64,000 nucleotides of DNA from Callorhinchus milii (GCF_018977255.1 NW_024704743.1:91452001-91516000), one strand, 5' to 3'. Counted from the stretch's first letter, positions 36,976 through 50,560 are shown. A program made the numbers and translations. Notes: generated by a model not told the origin, from the letters alone.

Positions 36976-38958
36976 TCTCATTTTCAGCTAGTCACAAATG
37001 TGAAAAAAGTCAGCACAACATCATGGACATGGAGCAGTGAGGAGGAACAGTGGAAGATGAATGGAGTGATCATTTATTAGAAGGGCAGGAAGGTCAAAGA
37101 GGGTAAGAAGGCAAAGAAAGTTCTGGTTGCATTGCGACTTTGCCCAGGGCAGTTTGGTTGCTGTGGATTGGAGGAGCTTGTATAGGGAATGGTGCGAGAG
37201 GGAAGAATGAAACTGGGAGAAAACAACTGCCAGATTAGCAGATTAATTTCTATATTGCAATATTTGACTCGTTATAAATCAACCAAATTGTACACAGTTT
37301 TAGTGTAGGAAATATCCACATGCATGACTTTTTAAAACATCTTCTACACTTACTCTACTCTCAATTTAGGGCCTCTTTCAGTTGTCTGTAATTTGTATGT
37401 AAATGGCTGGATGTTTCAATAGGAGGGATCAACTACAGGCAACATATCAGCAATTCTGGAACCAGCTTTGTGAATGCCAAGTGAGTGAGTAAAACATTTT
37501 CACATCCAAAAACCCATGAAAAAGCAACAGCATTTTACCCGTTCCAAACAAGTGGCTGGAACAGACTATGATCTTATCACAAATGTACTGTAATATCCCT
37601 GTTTTTTTAAAAAAAGATAGAATTCATCAACAAAAAAAAACGTTGAGCATCAGGATATCTTGCTAAATGAATTTAAATGTGGTCTTAATGGAGTCTGTTA
37701 GATGGAGTGGCAATGCACCACACTAATTAGCAATTTTACGGTTTGTTAGGTAATTCAACTGTTTAGTGCCCTGGAGCATATAGAGCGAAGAAAGGAGGAG
37801 GACCAGAAAGAGAAAGCACCATGTTCCCAGCCCTGATGATGATTCTTTCAAAATGTTCATTGCAGCATTGAGTTTATTAGGGGGGAAAAAAAATCCCCAT
37901 CAGATGAGAGTTAATGCAAATGGTTAAAATGTTCTTTCTGCGTAACAGCTTCAACCTGGCTCCCTGTGAGCAAAGATACCAAGAGGAAACCACTTCCCTA
38001 TTAATAAGGAATAAATATTTCCCTCGGATCCATGATACAAGCACACAATTAAAACAGGCTTTACCATTGCTACAAAGTACCCAAGCTAGCAAATAAATGT
38101 GGTAAAAAAAATTCTTGGCTGATCACATTTGCAAGTAATTATCACTTTAATGAGCTGGTACAGCATGCTGACAGGAGCTGGAAGAATTCACAGTCTATGA
38201 TTTAGCTTTCATAAGCCTCCAGGGCTTGGAAGTAGTGAGGGGGGGAAGGAGTGCTGGCCAGAACGTGCAGTGAAAATGCTATCGCCTTCAAAAGCATCAA
38301 TGAATCTACATGAAGGATTTCCTGCTCACTCCACACGTCTCCTTCTAAAGAACACGATTTAAGAAGAAATTAACCATCCTGCCATTTAATTATCACTGAT
38401 AACAGGAACAATAAAATCCTTCTGAAATGACAAGTGTTTTTAGAAGAAAGGAGTTATTATCACATTATGGAAATAGTGACAGGGCAGGTACGAACAGAAA
38501 ATCTTCCATGTTCAATGATTTTGCTGAAACTAACCTTTGCTTCACATCACAATGATAATTAGACTTACCATCTCACTTACTGCCAACATAATTACTGCCA
38601 AACATAATAATTGTTGTCTCTTCAACCTGAACTGAAGGTGTGCCTCTGCCAGACAATGCAAGGCTACATAATGAGGGCAAAGATGTCAGCAGTAATTAAA
38701 GGCCCCAAAGAAAGTAAAGATGCCAAATTAAACAACTACAGAAGCTTTCGGGAAATTGAATATCTGACACGATTTTAAGTGCTTCTCTTTGACCATAAGT
38801 TCAGTTTCCTTCGGTCAATTAACTGCAGTAGTTGCCTTTTGTTTAAAATTAAGCTTTAGCCACTAACTTTGGCTAACAAAGCTTACTCTTGAAAGCATAT
38901 TTTAGTATATTTGCTTTAGTTCTGGTAGAGATGAAAATATACTTCACACGGTAATTTT

Positions 38959-39130
38959 ATTATCGATTATATTCTTCAGTTTTTTTTATAATAGGTCACA
39001 TATTTTGTTTTTACTATTACAGGTTATGTTCCTTGGTATTTTCCACTGTAGCTTTGGGTCACATGTCCAGTATGTTCATTATAGATTATATTCCTCAGTA
39101 TTTTTTATTATAGGTCACACAAATATTTTG
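38959..39130. repeat. Diverged tandem repeat of about 60 bp, 3 copies
   Basis: atta(t/c)..(a/g)ttat(a/g)ttc....gt.tttt...ggtcaca at 38959, 39016 and 39078. Confidence 0.6.
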
Positions 39131-39907
39131 CTACATTTTTATATGCTTTTTTTGCTTTTGCTTGATCAGAGATAACATCTATTGTAAGGCATCACATCAG
39201 GATGAATAGATATAAATCTGAGGCTGCATAATGTTCAAATAAAATATTTACCCCATACCTTTTTGTATGTAATGAATAAAGCATTGAATGACAGCTTCAT
39301 TCATTAGTAATTAAATCAGTACTAACATGTTTTTATAACTGTTTGCATCAAAATAATTCTGTTTTTGATAGCCCAAATGGGATATGAGTTGATATGTAAT
39401 ATATTTCATTCGCTACTCATATTATGCTGCTCATAAAAGTTATCATACATTGTGTGTGCATAATCCCTGAAGTCAATTTCAGGACAGGAAGTCAAATTTC
39501 AGATGAACTAAAATATTTGTGATAAAGTATTGCTACTAAAATATTGATTGAAATGAATAAAAATGTAATTTAGGTGAACTCATCTGTACACACAGATGTG
39601 TCAAGCGTTATTCTTGGGTAAATAATGTGCAGTCTGTGCATCTGTAATAAAAAGGAGATAGTCATAGAAGGTATTTGTCATTCAGTTAGATGTGAGCAGT
39701 CACTTGAGGAGATACAGTGTTGGATGAGAAATGAGCCAATGGGGGACCAAAGGGATGCAGAGCATCATACTACAGTCTGTTCCAACAAGGATCAAACACT
39801 TCTTTCTAATTCAGTCTACTGACAATCTGCCATTAATCCTTCAAGGAGTAAAGAATTAATATTTTATAGATTTAAAGAAACTTATTTTCGAAAGCACCTT
39901 ATTTTCT

Positions 39908-39964
39908 CCTCACTAAATCTACAGATCCTGACTAAATCTGCAGACCCTCACTAAACCTATCGAC
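39908..39964. repeat. 19-bp tandem repeat x3
   Basis: cctcactaaatctacagat / cctgactaaatctgcagac / cctcactaaacctatcgac. Confidence 0.7.
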
Positions 39965-40997
39965 TGCTGGGCACAAGAAATAATAACTGGCATTAATTTA
40001 CGCTTCATTGTTTTATTCACCACAAACCCAATGGGGTGAATTTTGTCCTCTTGGTTTCTAAAGTTTGCCTGTAACAACAGGTATCATAAAATATATCTCT
40101 TAAACATATGGCCACATGTGGTGTATCACACTGACATGTGTACATGTTGAACTCAAGAAACATTTTGATTTAGCTGTGCCTTTTGCCACAATTCAAAAAA
40201 ATAGTTAACTGAAGCTCTCAAAAAGGATGAATCACTTCATGAAACGTCTTGTTGAACTTGCAAAATCATTTGATGTGTTGCTTTATTGATACTTTTTGTT
40301 ATCTAATATCAGGATGTCATGCTTCTATTTGGTTCTTGACATAAATTATTGGAAAGGTGAATGCCACAGTTTTAATACAATGAAACTGGTCAGTAAAATG
40401 ATTGGCCCAGGGTATTAGCAAGGCTATCATCAATTCAGCACATATGATCAATCCCACTCCCATCTAATGATTTGGCAATATTGTGTGAAGCACTTTGATA
40501 TGCCTTCCTGATGTGAAAGGTGACATATCAATGTAAGCTGTGGTTGCTTCCCTTGTTCTAAACATATGTAGTGTGTTTATTTGAGCCCCACATTCCTGCA
40601 ATCTTCCAGTCCATAAAAATTCGCAGGTGATCCAATTTGAAAGCAAGTACCAGAGCTGTATTTCACAGTAGTGCAATGCTAATACTGTTACATAAAAATA
40701 AGATAATGTGGATAAAAATTGCAAGCAGAAATTTCTGGGATTCATGTTTCTATTGACATACTCTTGGCACTGTTAGCACCAGGATCATGCTGGTAGAATC
40801 ATTTCAAATTTAACTTTTGCTCAGCTGCAGAATACATGAACGGTATATCAATCTGGAGCAAATGAACACTCAATCCTTGATTGTTAGCACTGCAATAGAA
40901 TCAAATACCCGAAACAAAGGGAGGGAAGAACATAAAAAACAAAGAAGATTTAGCCAACAATACCATCACTACCCAAAGAAAAGCAGATAGTATAGAT

Positions 40998-41160
40998 CAG
41001 TGGTGGCCAACCTTTATGGACAGCCAACAAAATCAATTTTCTTGATTGAAAATGTCTTGATTTATGCCATAAAACACACTACAGATCAAAAACAGACATA
41101 CCTAATCTTGTGCAAATGTTCGGGGGGGATTTCTTGACGGTTCCAGGTTGGCCATCACTG
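40998..41160. mobile_element. hAT (Charlie-like) MITE, 163 bp
   Basis: TIRs cagtggtggccaacct / aggttggccatcactg (15/16 complementary). 8-bp TSD gtatagat / gtatggat. Confidence 0.85.
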
Positions 41161-41330
41161 GTATGGATGCATTTAAGAGAAAGCTAGATATGGATATGAG
41201 GGAGAAGGGAATAGAAGAGTTTAAGAGGCAGTAAGGACTGGATAGAAACTCACATGGAGTATAAACACTGGCATGGACTGTTGGGGCAAATGGCTTTTTT
41301 CTATACTGGACATTCTACGTGAATCTATGT
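41161..41330 (+). mobile_element. CR1 3' end (host of the MITE)
   Basis: gcatttaagagaaagctagat...gagggagaagggaatagaag...ggcatggactgttggggcaaatggc. It continues the sequence to the left of the MITE (aagcagatagtatagat). Confidence 0.7.
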
Positions 41331-41355
41331 AAATCTGGTGGATGATTTATTGCCT

Positions 41356-41357
<2 letters not shown>

Positions 41358-41391
<34 letters not shown>

Positions 41392-41693
41392 CCTTGCATT
41401 TGATATAGCGCTTTTCATGTCAGGAGGACGTCCCAAAGCGCTTCACAGAACACACTGTAAAGTGAATTGACTGTATATTTGTGGGCGAACGCGGCAGCCA
41501 ATTGCGCACAGCAATGTCCCACGAACAGTTGTAGATTGAAAATGACCAATTTATTATTGTTTTGTTTTGGAGGGATTATTATTAGGGGTGTGGAGTAAGG
41601 AAACTTGCCAAGGTTTCGCCCTCTGCCTGGAATTGAACTCAGGTTTCTCACTTGCAAAGCGAGTGCTCTAACCACTGAGCTACAGTCCTCCAC
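41358..41693 (-). mobile_element. Young full-length tRNA/Deu SINE with a long (ATT)n tail
   Basis: Near-identical to 7213-7537. Confidence 0.92.
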
Positions 41694-42929
41694 AGACTTC
41701 CACTCCTTGGAAAATGTACTGGAGTGACTTACAGTATGTTTTATATTGGGATCTAAGTTGTAATATGCACAAACGAGGTACGAAGCATTAATTCCTACTT
41801 CCATTTTGCTTTCTAATTGGTGATAATATTTCTGAAAACTGACGAAGTCCAAAGAAAACTATTGGAAAGCAAAATGGATGATCTGTTTTCGGGCCAATTG
41901 GAACCTTTAAGTTTCATCACATTAATGTTCACCAGAGCAAGGTATGATAATACAATAATGGGAAATCAATTCAGTGGCTTATTAAAGTCAGAGAGAAATA
42001 GAAGTGGAGGGGAGAGGGGGAGAAGGAAACTCAAAGCCATGACAGACAAAATAATCTAAATATGGTCGTAGCTCCCTTCAAGTCATTGAGCAGATGCCCA
42101 GAAAAGAGAAGACAAGGAGGATTTCACCTCAACAACAAGCTCCTCCACTAGAAAATGTTCCCAATGACTGAGGACTTTCATTGAAGCACTTACAATACAT
42201 GAAGGGACACAAACAATCGAAAGCTTTGAGTTGTTCACTTAACCCCTCACCCTATTTCACAGGAGAAGACAGAGAAAGCATCAAGTGTGTAGATGACAGG
42301 AAAAGGACATAACATTTGTTGCAGAGCAATATAATGGTAATGGTTCTATTTGCAATCTGTTGACAACAGGCTTGCAAGCAGCTACATCTTACAGCTCAGG
42401 GATACTGCAAGTGAGAGTTTAGCTTTTGATGACCAGCTTGGTGGAGATAAGAAGCGACCTCAATTGCTGTTACAGCTGATGTGCTTTTTCCAATGGAGAA
42501 ATGTAGGGTATGGACCAAAGCTCATAAGCTTTGTGATAAATTTGGTGCATGGCACCACAAGATTGAACGGCAACACAAGATTGAAAAGAAAAGAAAGATG
42601 TGGAGACAAAGCATAAAGTAATGCTTAATTGACATCAATATGGATCTTAATCTTCAGTAGATTTTAGCATGAAATATAAACCATCCATGCCTGTTAGGAT
42701 CATATCAGTAACTTCACTGGCAGAGTTTAAGTAATGGTTGGATCAGGAAACTGCAGCAAAAGTGGTTTTGAAGACTTGCCCAACTGGCCATTTCATCCCA
42801 AATAATGTACTTTCCTTTCAGTATCAGTCTTACCAATGATAAGTCTTGTGAATCCTATTCTTAATGTCATGCACAAAGCAAGTCTTACAACAAAGCAAAT
42901 AAATAATCAACTTAGTGGCTTTTCTTTTT

Positions 42930-43326
42930 ATAATAATAATCTTTGTATTAGATATAGAGCCTTATCATATTTTCGAGACTTCAAAGCGCTTCACAGAATA
43001 TACTGTAAAGTGAATTGATTATAAATTTTGTGAGAGAATATTTCTCTTTATGTTGCCATGCCCATTCCAATGCCTTATGAATGTCCCTCCACACAGCAGT
43101 GTCCCACAAACAATCGTGGATTGAGTGACCAAATTTTTTTTCAAGGGATTATTACCACTGGAAAAGCGATCCGCCAATCGACTGACAACCGAGTTCCTAC
43201 TTACTGCTAGGTAAACAGAGGCGTGTGGAATAAAGAAATTTGCTTATACATTTCACCCTGCCAGGGAATTGAACCCAGGTCCTCTCACTTGCGAGACAAG
43301 TGCTCTAACCACTAAGATACAGGACT
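42930..43326 (-). mobile_element. Full-length SINE, longer variant with two extra internal segments
   Basis: tRNA head at 43260-43326, extra segments at about 43035-43090 and 43155-43220, standard tail. Confidence 0.8.
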
Positions 43327-45547
43327 TTATTACAGTAGAGTACATAGAAATTATTTACTTTTATTTGAAAATAAATAATATGTACTTCCATCCCTCATGA
43401 AGAACATTATCAATTATCTTACATTTGAATAATCTCAATCAAATATCCAATAAATTATAATAAATGCAGATGAAAATAAAGTCTTCATCAATCTCACAAT
43501 AACAGCAGGGTACTATTTTTAATATTATTGCTACTGCTGATCTGTGGTGTGCAACACATGTTAAAGAACATTAAATGCATAACTGTGCTTTTATTTCCCC
43601 ATAATGTCTGTGGGATTCACACCAAGACTGGATATGTCCACTTGTCTTTAGTGTAAGTGGTGAATCTAACTGAGAATCCAAGGTGATCTAAATTTTCGAG
43701 TGAGTTTGGATTAATTTGTCAAAAACATGAATTTAGGTCAGTGTGGTCCTGTTTAATTTTTCTCTCTTGAGAGACCGATATGAAGGATCAAAGCTCTTAG
43801 TGCAGAATACAACCAAGGTTGAAAAGATAAAGGAGAGTTTAATTTGCAGTACTCCTTAATGGGACTCCTTAATAAGAGATCCTGGTAGAATTCCTGTCGA
43901 CACATAAAAAGTTTGTTCCGGAGGTAAATGGTGAGTCCCCATGAGGTGGTGAGTTGGATTTCTAGTTACAAGAAGGGCTTTCCATTTGCGTTACTTCGAT
44001 TTCTTATTAATTCCGTTAAGAAATACCCCAAATTAGACAAATTAAGGAAAATAGTGCTTAGGTGCTAACAAGCTCAGAGTTGTAACTCCTGTAGATTGCC
44101 ATGGGGAAAGGAATAATGTGGGAGGAAAGGAATAAGCTATTTATGAAAAGGAAGGAAATGATCCCGTAAATCCGTAAACAGTTTCCTTTCAATAAAATCT
44201 GCAATGAAGAGTTGAAGCAGCAGCTAGGAAACCAAACCTGTGTTCTTTTTAAGAAAAATAAAATGCCTAATTTGTTACTGTTCCAACACTGAGATGCAGT
44301 GGGAATGTTTGATATCTGATCGTATGGTTGGAAACATACTCAATACCTGGGATCAAATGAGGCAATGAAAGTGAATGTGCTTATCTTCCAGGCAATCTAA
44401 TGAGGCTTTATACATTAGATTTACAGATACTCATACCTCTGAATGTGAAGCCAAATTTAAAATGCAAAATAATCCCTGAACTTTCACCTTCATATCTGCT
44501 AAACCTGATGATTTTCATCAAGAATCTGTTTTTGTTGAGATTTTCCAAACAGATTTAACTTGAGTGACTTTGTACTTTGTCGTACGAATTCAAACTCAGC
44601 AATACGCTTCAACCTTTTTCATTCTCACAACATTTGGCTGCTACTTTGTGGAAATCATTCCTTTTTTTGAAGATTAATTTAACTTTTGGGGGCTTTTGTT
44701 CTCATGGGTTTGATGCTCATCTTTTAGTTATCAACAGAGGTGATGTATTGACGATGTATTCGATATTTGGCACATCAGATTGACCCAGATGTTTCAGAAG
44801 CAGACAAGCCCTCCCCTGCAGTGCTGTGGTCAAAGGCAACCTAGGTGATGCCAGATCTGTGGCATTTGGATATCCAGTGGATTGTATAGTTTGACTACTA
44901 GTTAACTGGTTACTGGCTACTCTGTTTCTTTTAAATGCCAACATCCCCCTCACCGGCTGTTGAAAGTTGCAATCTGCAACTTGGATCCTTCTTCATGGCT
45001 TCCTGCACCATTAAGCAAGTTTGTGGAAGAACGCAGGGGAGGGTTCTGTCTCCCATACCCCAATTACATTAGATGCGCCAAGCATTTAATGATCCTAGTA
45101 AATTGACCCCAGTGTTAATGATTCTTCTCGTCATTTGCCAATAATAAATTGGAAGATGAAATGCTATGTGAGGTAATGGTGTCACAATGCTGAAAGCACA
45201 GCATTGCCTCCAGCTCAGTAGAAGCCCAGTTACGACAGATGGAGATATGTCACGACAAAATGGGAAGGAAAGTATCTGGCATGCTAAGAAAGTGGTCCGA
45301 GCAGGTTCTCTGGGAATTAATCACAAATTGTATCAATGCTGATTATCATGGAAGAACATTGGTTGCTATGCTAATTTTAGAATGAAATGAGTCAATTTCC
45401 ATAGGAGGCTTAAGTCCAATTTAGTTGAACTCCATGGAGTTTAAACAATTATTGCAAGTACTCCTCAGATACAAGCCCTCACAGCAGTGGAGAGCAGACG
45501 TTTGTGATCAAGCCAGAAACCATCGCTAAGTATCAGTTTGTCGCAGT

Positions 45548-46035
45548 TAATAATAATAATAATCCTTAGATTTGGTACGGTGCTTTTTACATCAGGAGGA
45601 CATGTCAAAGTGCTTCACAATACATTGTAAAGTGTAATGATTTGTGTAGTTGGTGGCACTCTCACCTCTGAGCCAGGAGATTGTGGTTCAAGGGCCACAT
45701 CAAGCCTTTGAACTCATATAGTCTAAGCTGACACTCCAGTGCACGGCTGGGGATGCAATGCATTGTAGGAGGTGAGGTTCTTTGGATGAAACTTTGAACT
45801 GAATTCCCTTCTGCCTTTTCAGGTGAACCCATGACACTGTTCAAAAAGAGAAAGGAATTTTTCCTGGTGTCCTGGCCAACAATCCCCCAAATAAAGCCTA
45901 GTATTTCACTTATTGCCTGTTTGTGGGATACCTCTATCCGTATGTTGGCTGCCATGTACACTACACTTTAGAATAAATTCTATGAAGTATTTTGAGACAT
46001 CCTATGGACATAAAAAGTATTATATCAAATATTAT
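45548..46035. mobile_element. Minus-strand SINE tail (45548-45650) abutting a plus-strand full Deu-SINE (45650-46035)
   Basis: cactctcacctctgagccaggagattgtggttcaag head; Deu core to ttggctgccatg; tail. Confidence 0.75.
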
Positions 46036-46559
46036 TTATCAATTCAAACTCCAAGGATTCACTGATTCACTGCAAGATTCACTACATGATTTCTACTGCA
46101 GTAAGAAATCAAAAAAATTAATCAGTTTGTTTATCAACTTATTTGTGTGTTTCCCAATTTCAGTATCACTGAGGAATATCACCTCTTTCATTTCATTCCA
46201 AAAAACAGAGAGCAGATAACCAGTCAGTGGTAACACTCAATCAGTTGGTAACAATCTTACCTCTGAGTCAGAACTTTAACTTCTGCTCCCACAGGGGGTC
46301 ACCATTCATCTCAATAACTAGCAGACTCTCTGGTCGTTGGTGCAATGCAGAGGTAATCTTCAAATGCTCTGAGACCCTACCTGCCTGATGGGCACTATAC
46401 AATTGCGACTTGTTGTTGTTGTTAAAAATCCTGCCATTCAGTAGAACAGTGTAAATTAAGAATCTCAAAGCATCCTCAAACAGGTGTCCTTCAAAAAACA
46501 CAAGATTCAGGAAATCCTGTAGAAACGGATTTAATAATTGATATTTAAAATTGCTCACT

Positions 46560-46670
46560 TATAATAATCCTTGCATTTGATATAGTTCCTTATCACGTCT
46601 TTGAGACATCTCAAAGTGCTTCACAGGATATACTGTAAGGCGAATTCAATTATATTTTATGGGTGAAATT
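46560..46670 (-). mobile_element. SINE tail fragment
   Basis: aataatccttgcatttgatatag...cttcacaggatatactgtaag. Confidence 0.75.
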
Positions 46671-47777
46671 TTGTGGTTGGTCACTTCCATGACCAACCAA
46701 CATTCACATTTCTTTGGTTCCTAAAGCCCAGCCTCCAGAGGTTGTGGGACCAGCAACCTGTCTTTTTTTGCCAGCTGGGTGTCTGACAGATGTGGAAACC
46801 CATCACTATGCTTAAGAGTATCTAAACCATACTGAGAATACATCCTTTGCATGGTCATTTCCCTGTGTTTGGAATGTAATGTGCATGTCGCTGTACTGCT
46901 TGAGTTTAACCAGCTGAAACAATGTCCTCTTTCATGGGCAAGCTTCCCACTGCATGTCCATCGAGGACCACCCTTCCCAGTAGGGCTGTGGCTTGCAGTG
47001 TTAATAGGAGCTGAGGGGAAGAATCCCTGACCCCCCAATGAGTGATCTGCCTCTCCAAACCCTGCCGATGTTACCTGATGTCATCAGCGATACCCTGGAA
47101 TACTGTGGACACGTCTGAACTGAACTACAACAACCAATTCTATTTGAGGATTAGCCACCACAGCCCATATCAGACCCCGAAGGAATCTTTAAATGCTGGA
47201 TCTTTTCACAGCTCGGCAGCCAGTCCTTTGTAGTATCTGTAACTTGAACAAACGTAAACAGTGTTTAAACACAATATTGTTATATTGCACGGCCTCCTTT
47301 AGACAATATATTTTTATTAATTTGTCATTTGCATACATCACTAAAGCAGTGGATTTAGCTACTTCAAACATTGTGGAGATATAATTATTGTAATTATGTT
47401 GAACATTTTACATTTATTTCTATATAATGAGATATTTACATTATGAGCTGCAAGGAAGATAGGCTTTACCTGACCGATCCATCTGTCTCTGTAACCAGTG
47501 TGTCCTTTTCTCTTTCTTCTCAGTTTTCCATTTTTTTCATTTAAAGATGACAGACTAGCAACACATTGCCTCTTCACCAGCCTCACTGCAGTTTCCTGAA
47601 TGTCTAATGTGATGCCTTCCTTTCAACGGGACCTTCTTTAACTAATGCATACGTGTAACAGTTTGCCTTCTCCTAAGTCACAGAAAGCATTTCCTCTACA
47701 TTTGTAACTATTCCCTTAGTATCCAGTTATCACATTATTTATTAAATTCAAGTATAGGCAACGGACATGTATAACAA

Positions 47778-48022
47778 ACAAGAACAGAAGTTGCTGGGAA
47801 CACTCTGCAGGTCAGGTAGCATCTATGGAGAAAGGAAAGTGAGTCAACGTTTCGGGGCCACGACCCTTCATCAGAACGGAACCAGTTTTGACGAAGGGTC
47901 GTGATCTGAAATGTTGACTCACTTTCTTTTCTCCATAGATGCTGCCTGACCTGCTGAGTGTTCCCAGCAACTTCTGTTTTTTTTCTAGCTTTCCAGCAAC
48001 TGCAGTATTTTGTATTTTGTTT
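47778..48022 (+). mobile_element. Palindromic Penelope-like (pLTR-derived) insertion carrying two inverted minimal hammerhead motifs
   Basis: Inverted arms of about 95 bp (47783-47877 and 47885-47978), a 3' extension, and a perfect 15-bp TSD GGACATGTATAACAA (47763-47777 and 48023-48037). Confidence 0.8.
47843..47877 (-). ncRNA. Minimal type I hammerhead ribozyme motif
   Basis: GUU-CUGAUGA-AGGGUCGUGGCCCC-GAAACGUU-GAC: conserved core CUGAUGA/GAAA, stem II GGGU/GCCC, palindromic AACGUU in place of helix III, and a 3-bp stem I. Activity unknown. Confidence 0.55.
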
Positions 48023-48037
48023 GGACATGTATAACAA

Positions 48038-48400
48038 TACTTGCATTTGATAGAGGACCTTATTGGGTGAATACAACAAACAACAAATTGGATTTATATA
48101 GTGGGGTGGAGTCTCGGAATGCTTCATATACATCTCCATAATTCTGTATGATTTCTCTATATATGCAATATATCTCAAAGTGCTTCATACGTGAGTTATT
48201 TTGAATGGAGTGACTGCTGGAGTCAAATATAGCAGGTAATCTGCACGATCAATGTCCCACAAACAACTGTGAGGTAAATGGCCAATTCAGCTGTCTTTTA
48301 AGTGTCTTTGAATGAAAGAAGACTATTGGCCAGGCACCAGGAAAATGTCCTGCTCTACAATGAATTGGGAATGTCAATGCTCATCAGAAAAGATGGACAA
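48038..48400 (-). mobile_element. Old SINE/L2 tail and Deu-SINE remnants
   Basis: cttgcatttgatag..., aatgtcccacaaacaactgtg, tattggccaggcaccagg. Confidence 0.55.
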
Positions 48401-49079
48401 GACAGAACCTTGTCCTAACTGCTCTTCTCAAGAAAATGGAGGGCTCCCCGATTACTACAAAACAGCCTCAGCATCAATGACATTTTAGAACACTTATTTT
48501 ATGTTTGAAATTACCACAGATATAAGAAGCAAGATTAAATGTATTGGCTTAACCCCTAGACTCCTGACAGGTCTGCAGAGACTCCTGTCTGTTGGACATT
48601 TTTAGCTCTGTGACGCTGAAAAAAAAACTAATCATAAGAAAGCTACTGTAACATTAGAATAGCTGTTATATATTAATTCCAACCTATTCAAATAAATACA
48701 AAATCATACAATTTTATCTGGAATACAATATTGTTTTGAAATGTTGTCCAAGTGTGCCCTGTTTGGTTCAGTTTGTTTTCTCTTTCCTATTTTTTTTGAC
48801 ACTTTAATGTTAACTTTGTGTTTTACTATTTTCTACCTCCTTTTTACCTGTTCTAAACTACCTATTTCTAGATTTAAAACAATCACTTGCATTTGTTGTC
48901 TTTTTTTTACAAGTTCCCATTGTTTCCATGGGAGGGTGGAAACAATTTGTTTAAGTTGATTTTCATTGGCAGGGCGAAGCATTGGGCACATTTCTTTACT
49001 TCACCCACCTCTGTTTACCTAGCAGTAAGTAGGAAGTTGTTAGTTGATTGGTGGATTGCTTTTCGGGGGTAATAATGCC

Positions 49080-49270
49080 TCCAAAAAATAATAATTTGGT
49101 CACTCAATCCATGCGGCAGCCAATTGGACACTGCCATGTGCAATTGGCTGCTACGTTTCACACATAAAATGCACAGTCAATACACTTCACAGTGTATACT
49201 GTGAAGCGCTTTGAGACATATCAAATACATGATACGGTGCCATATCAGATGCAAGGATTATTATTATTAT
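49080..49270 (+). mobile_element. SINE 3' half
   Basis: Deu motif gtgcaattggctgctacgttt and the tail gcaaggattattattatt. Confidence 0.8.
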
Positions 49271-50084
49271 TGGCTGCCAACCAATTTGACAGCTAATTTT
49301 ATAGCCAATTGAAAATCTAGAAGACCAGTGATTGACAAAGCAGCATAGACCATTTCAACACAGAAGGAGACCTTTCAGCCATAGTGTTTGTGCCATTGCT
49401 GCCACTCATTCTGTCATAGCATTCGCTGAGGCACAATTTGCTTCTAACGGAGGAACTGAATTCTGTGAACCAGCACACACTCTCCCGAGTCCTGGCAGAG
49501 TCTGTTGGAGTGAACTTAAGGTCAGTCTTCAAGGGTTAACTCTGCGGGTAATAAAGCTTGGACAGTGTGAACTAAGAGTTTTGAAATGTCAGAAAATGCA
49601 GCATTACTTATGTTAACTGCACCTATTCCTTAATAATTGGTTGCTCTAAATTCACATGCAGTCATCATTTACAGTTGCTTTAAACCTTTGTCAGGATATT
49701 CAGCAGTGGCTTCACAACCACTGCAATTTACAGGCAAGATTTCATATTCTGCCTTTGCAGTTGGTGGGCAGTAAGATGACTGACAGTCCAAAATATGTCC
49801 CTTTTAACTCCTTATTTATTGACGCAAAATCCTAGCAGATTCTCTGAAACTTCGTTGCTGAAGAAGTGATACACATCAGAGATAAAATCCAGGACAACTC
49901 AAATCTTTCGCGAGATGCAAGTAGCTTTAATGAAAACAAACAGCTCAAGGCTGCAAAGAATGAAATCAAGTGTGAGGGTTCTAGAAGGATGAGATCAAAT
50001 GGGCTGAAGGATTCTCTTTATCCGAACCTCTCTTGTGATTTTGTAGACTTCCCTCTCCTGATGACTCAGATTCAGTCAGTTTAT

Positions 50085-50560
50085 TCCATGTGAAGCTGAT
50101 CCAGATAAACCAGGAAAGTTGATTGTTCAATTCCAAGCTTGTCCTGAGTTAGCTCATCTCTGCTGGGATGGTACGGAGGGAATGTCAGTTGACTTCAGAG
50201 TCTTGTGTTGTGGTGGGTACCCATTCCTGTTTAATACAATTAAAGTACATGGGATATAGTACATAGGTAGTTTTGGACATATGTGTATGCGACCGCCAGG
50301 AAGGTGGAAGGCGAACTAGATGGACCTTGGTCGTTTTTCGTCTAGGATTTCTTATGTTCTTATGTAATACCAGCTCCTCCTGCTGGTGGTGCATCTGTGA
50401 TGGTCAATGTTGCAACACTCCTAATGCTAAGGCATAACATCCCAAAACTCACTAGCAAGGCTCATGTATTAATAAGGGTTACTTTGGTGAGATATCAGAA
50501 TGCTACTACTGCCCAATAACCCATAGTTCAGTGGCCGAAAAAGCCTTCAGGAGAAGTGGA
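50085..50560 (+). mobile_element. Ancient tRNA-SINE (AmnSINE2-like) split by a CR1 3' tail (about 50240-50365)
   Basis: gttcaattcc...ctgagttagctcatctc, shared with the 52.8-kb copy. The insert ends ttcttatgttcttatg (CR1 octamer tail). Confidence 0.5.

Noticed and set aside
36348..37080. 230-aa and 213-aa THS/HP-repeat ORFs
   Set aside because: Products of the 8-mer tandem array.
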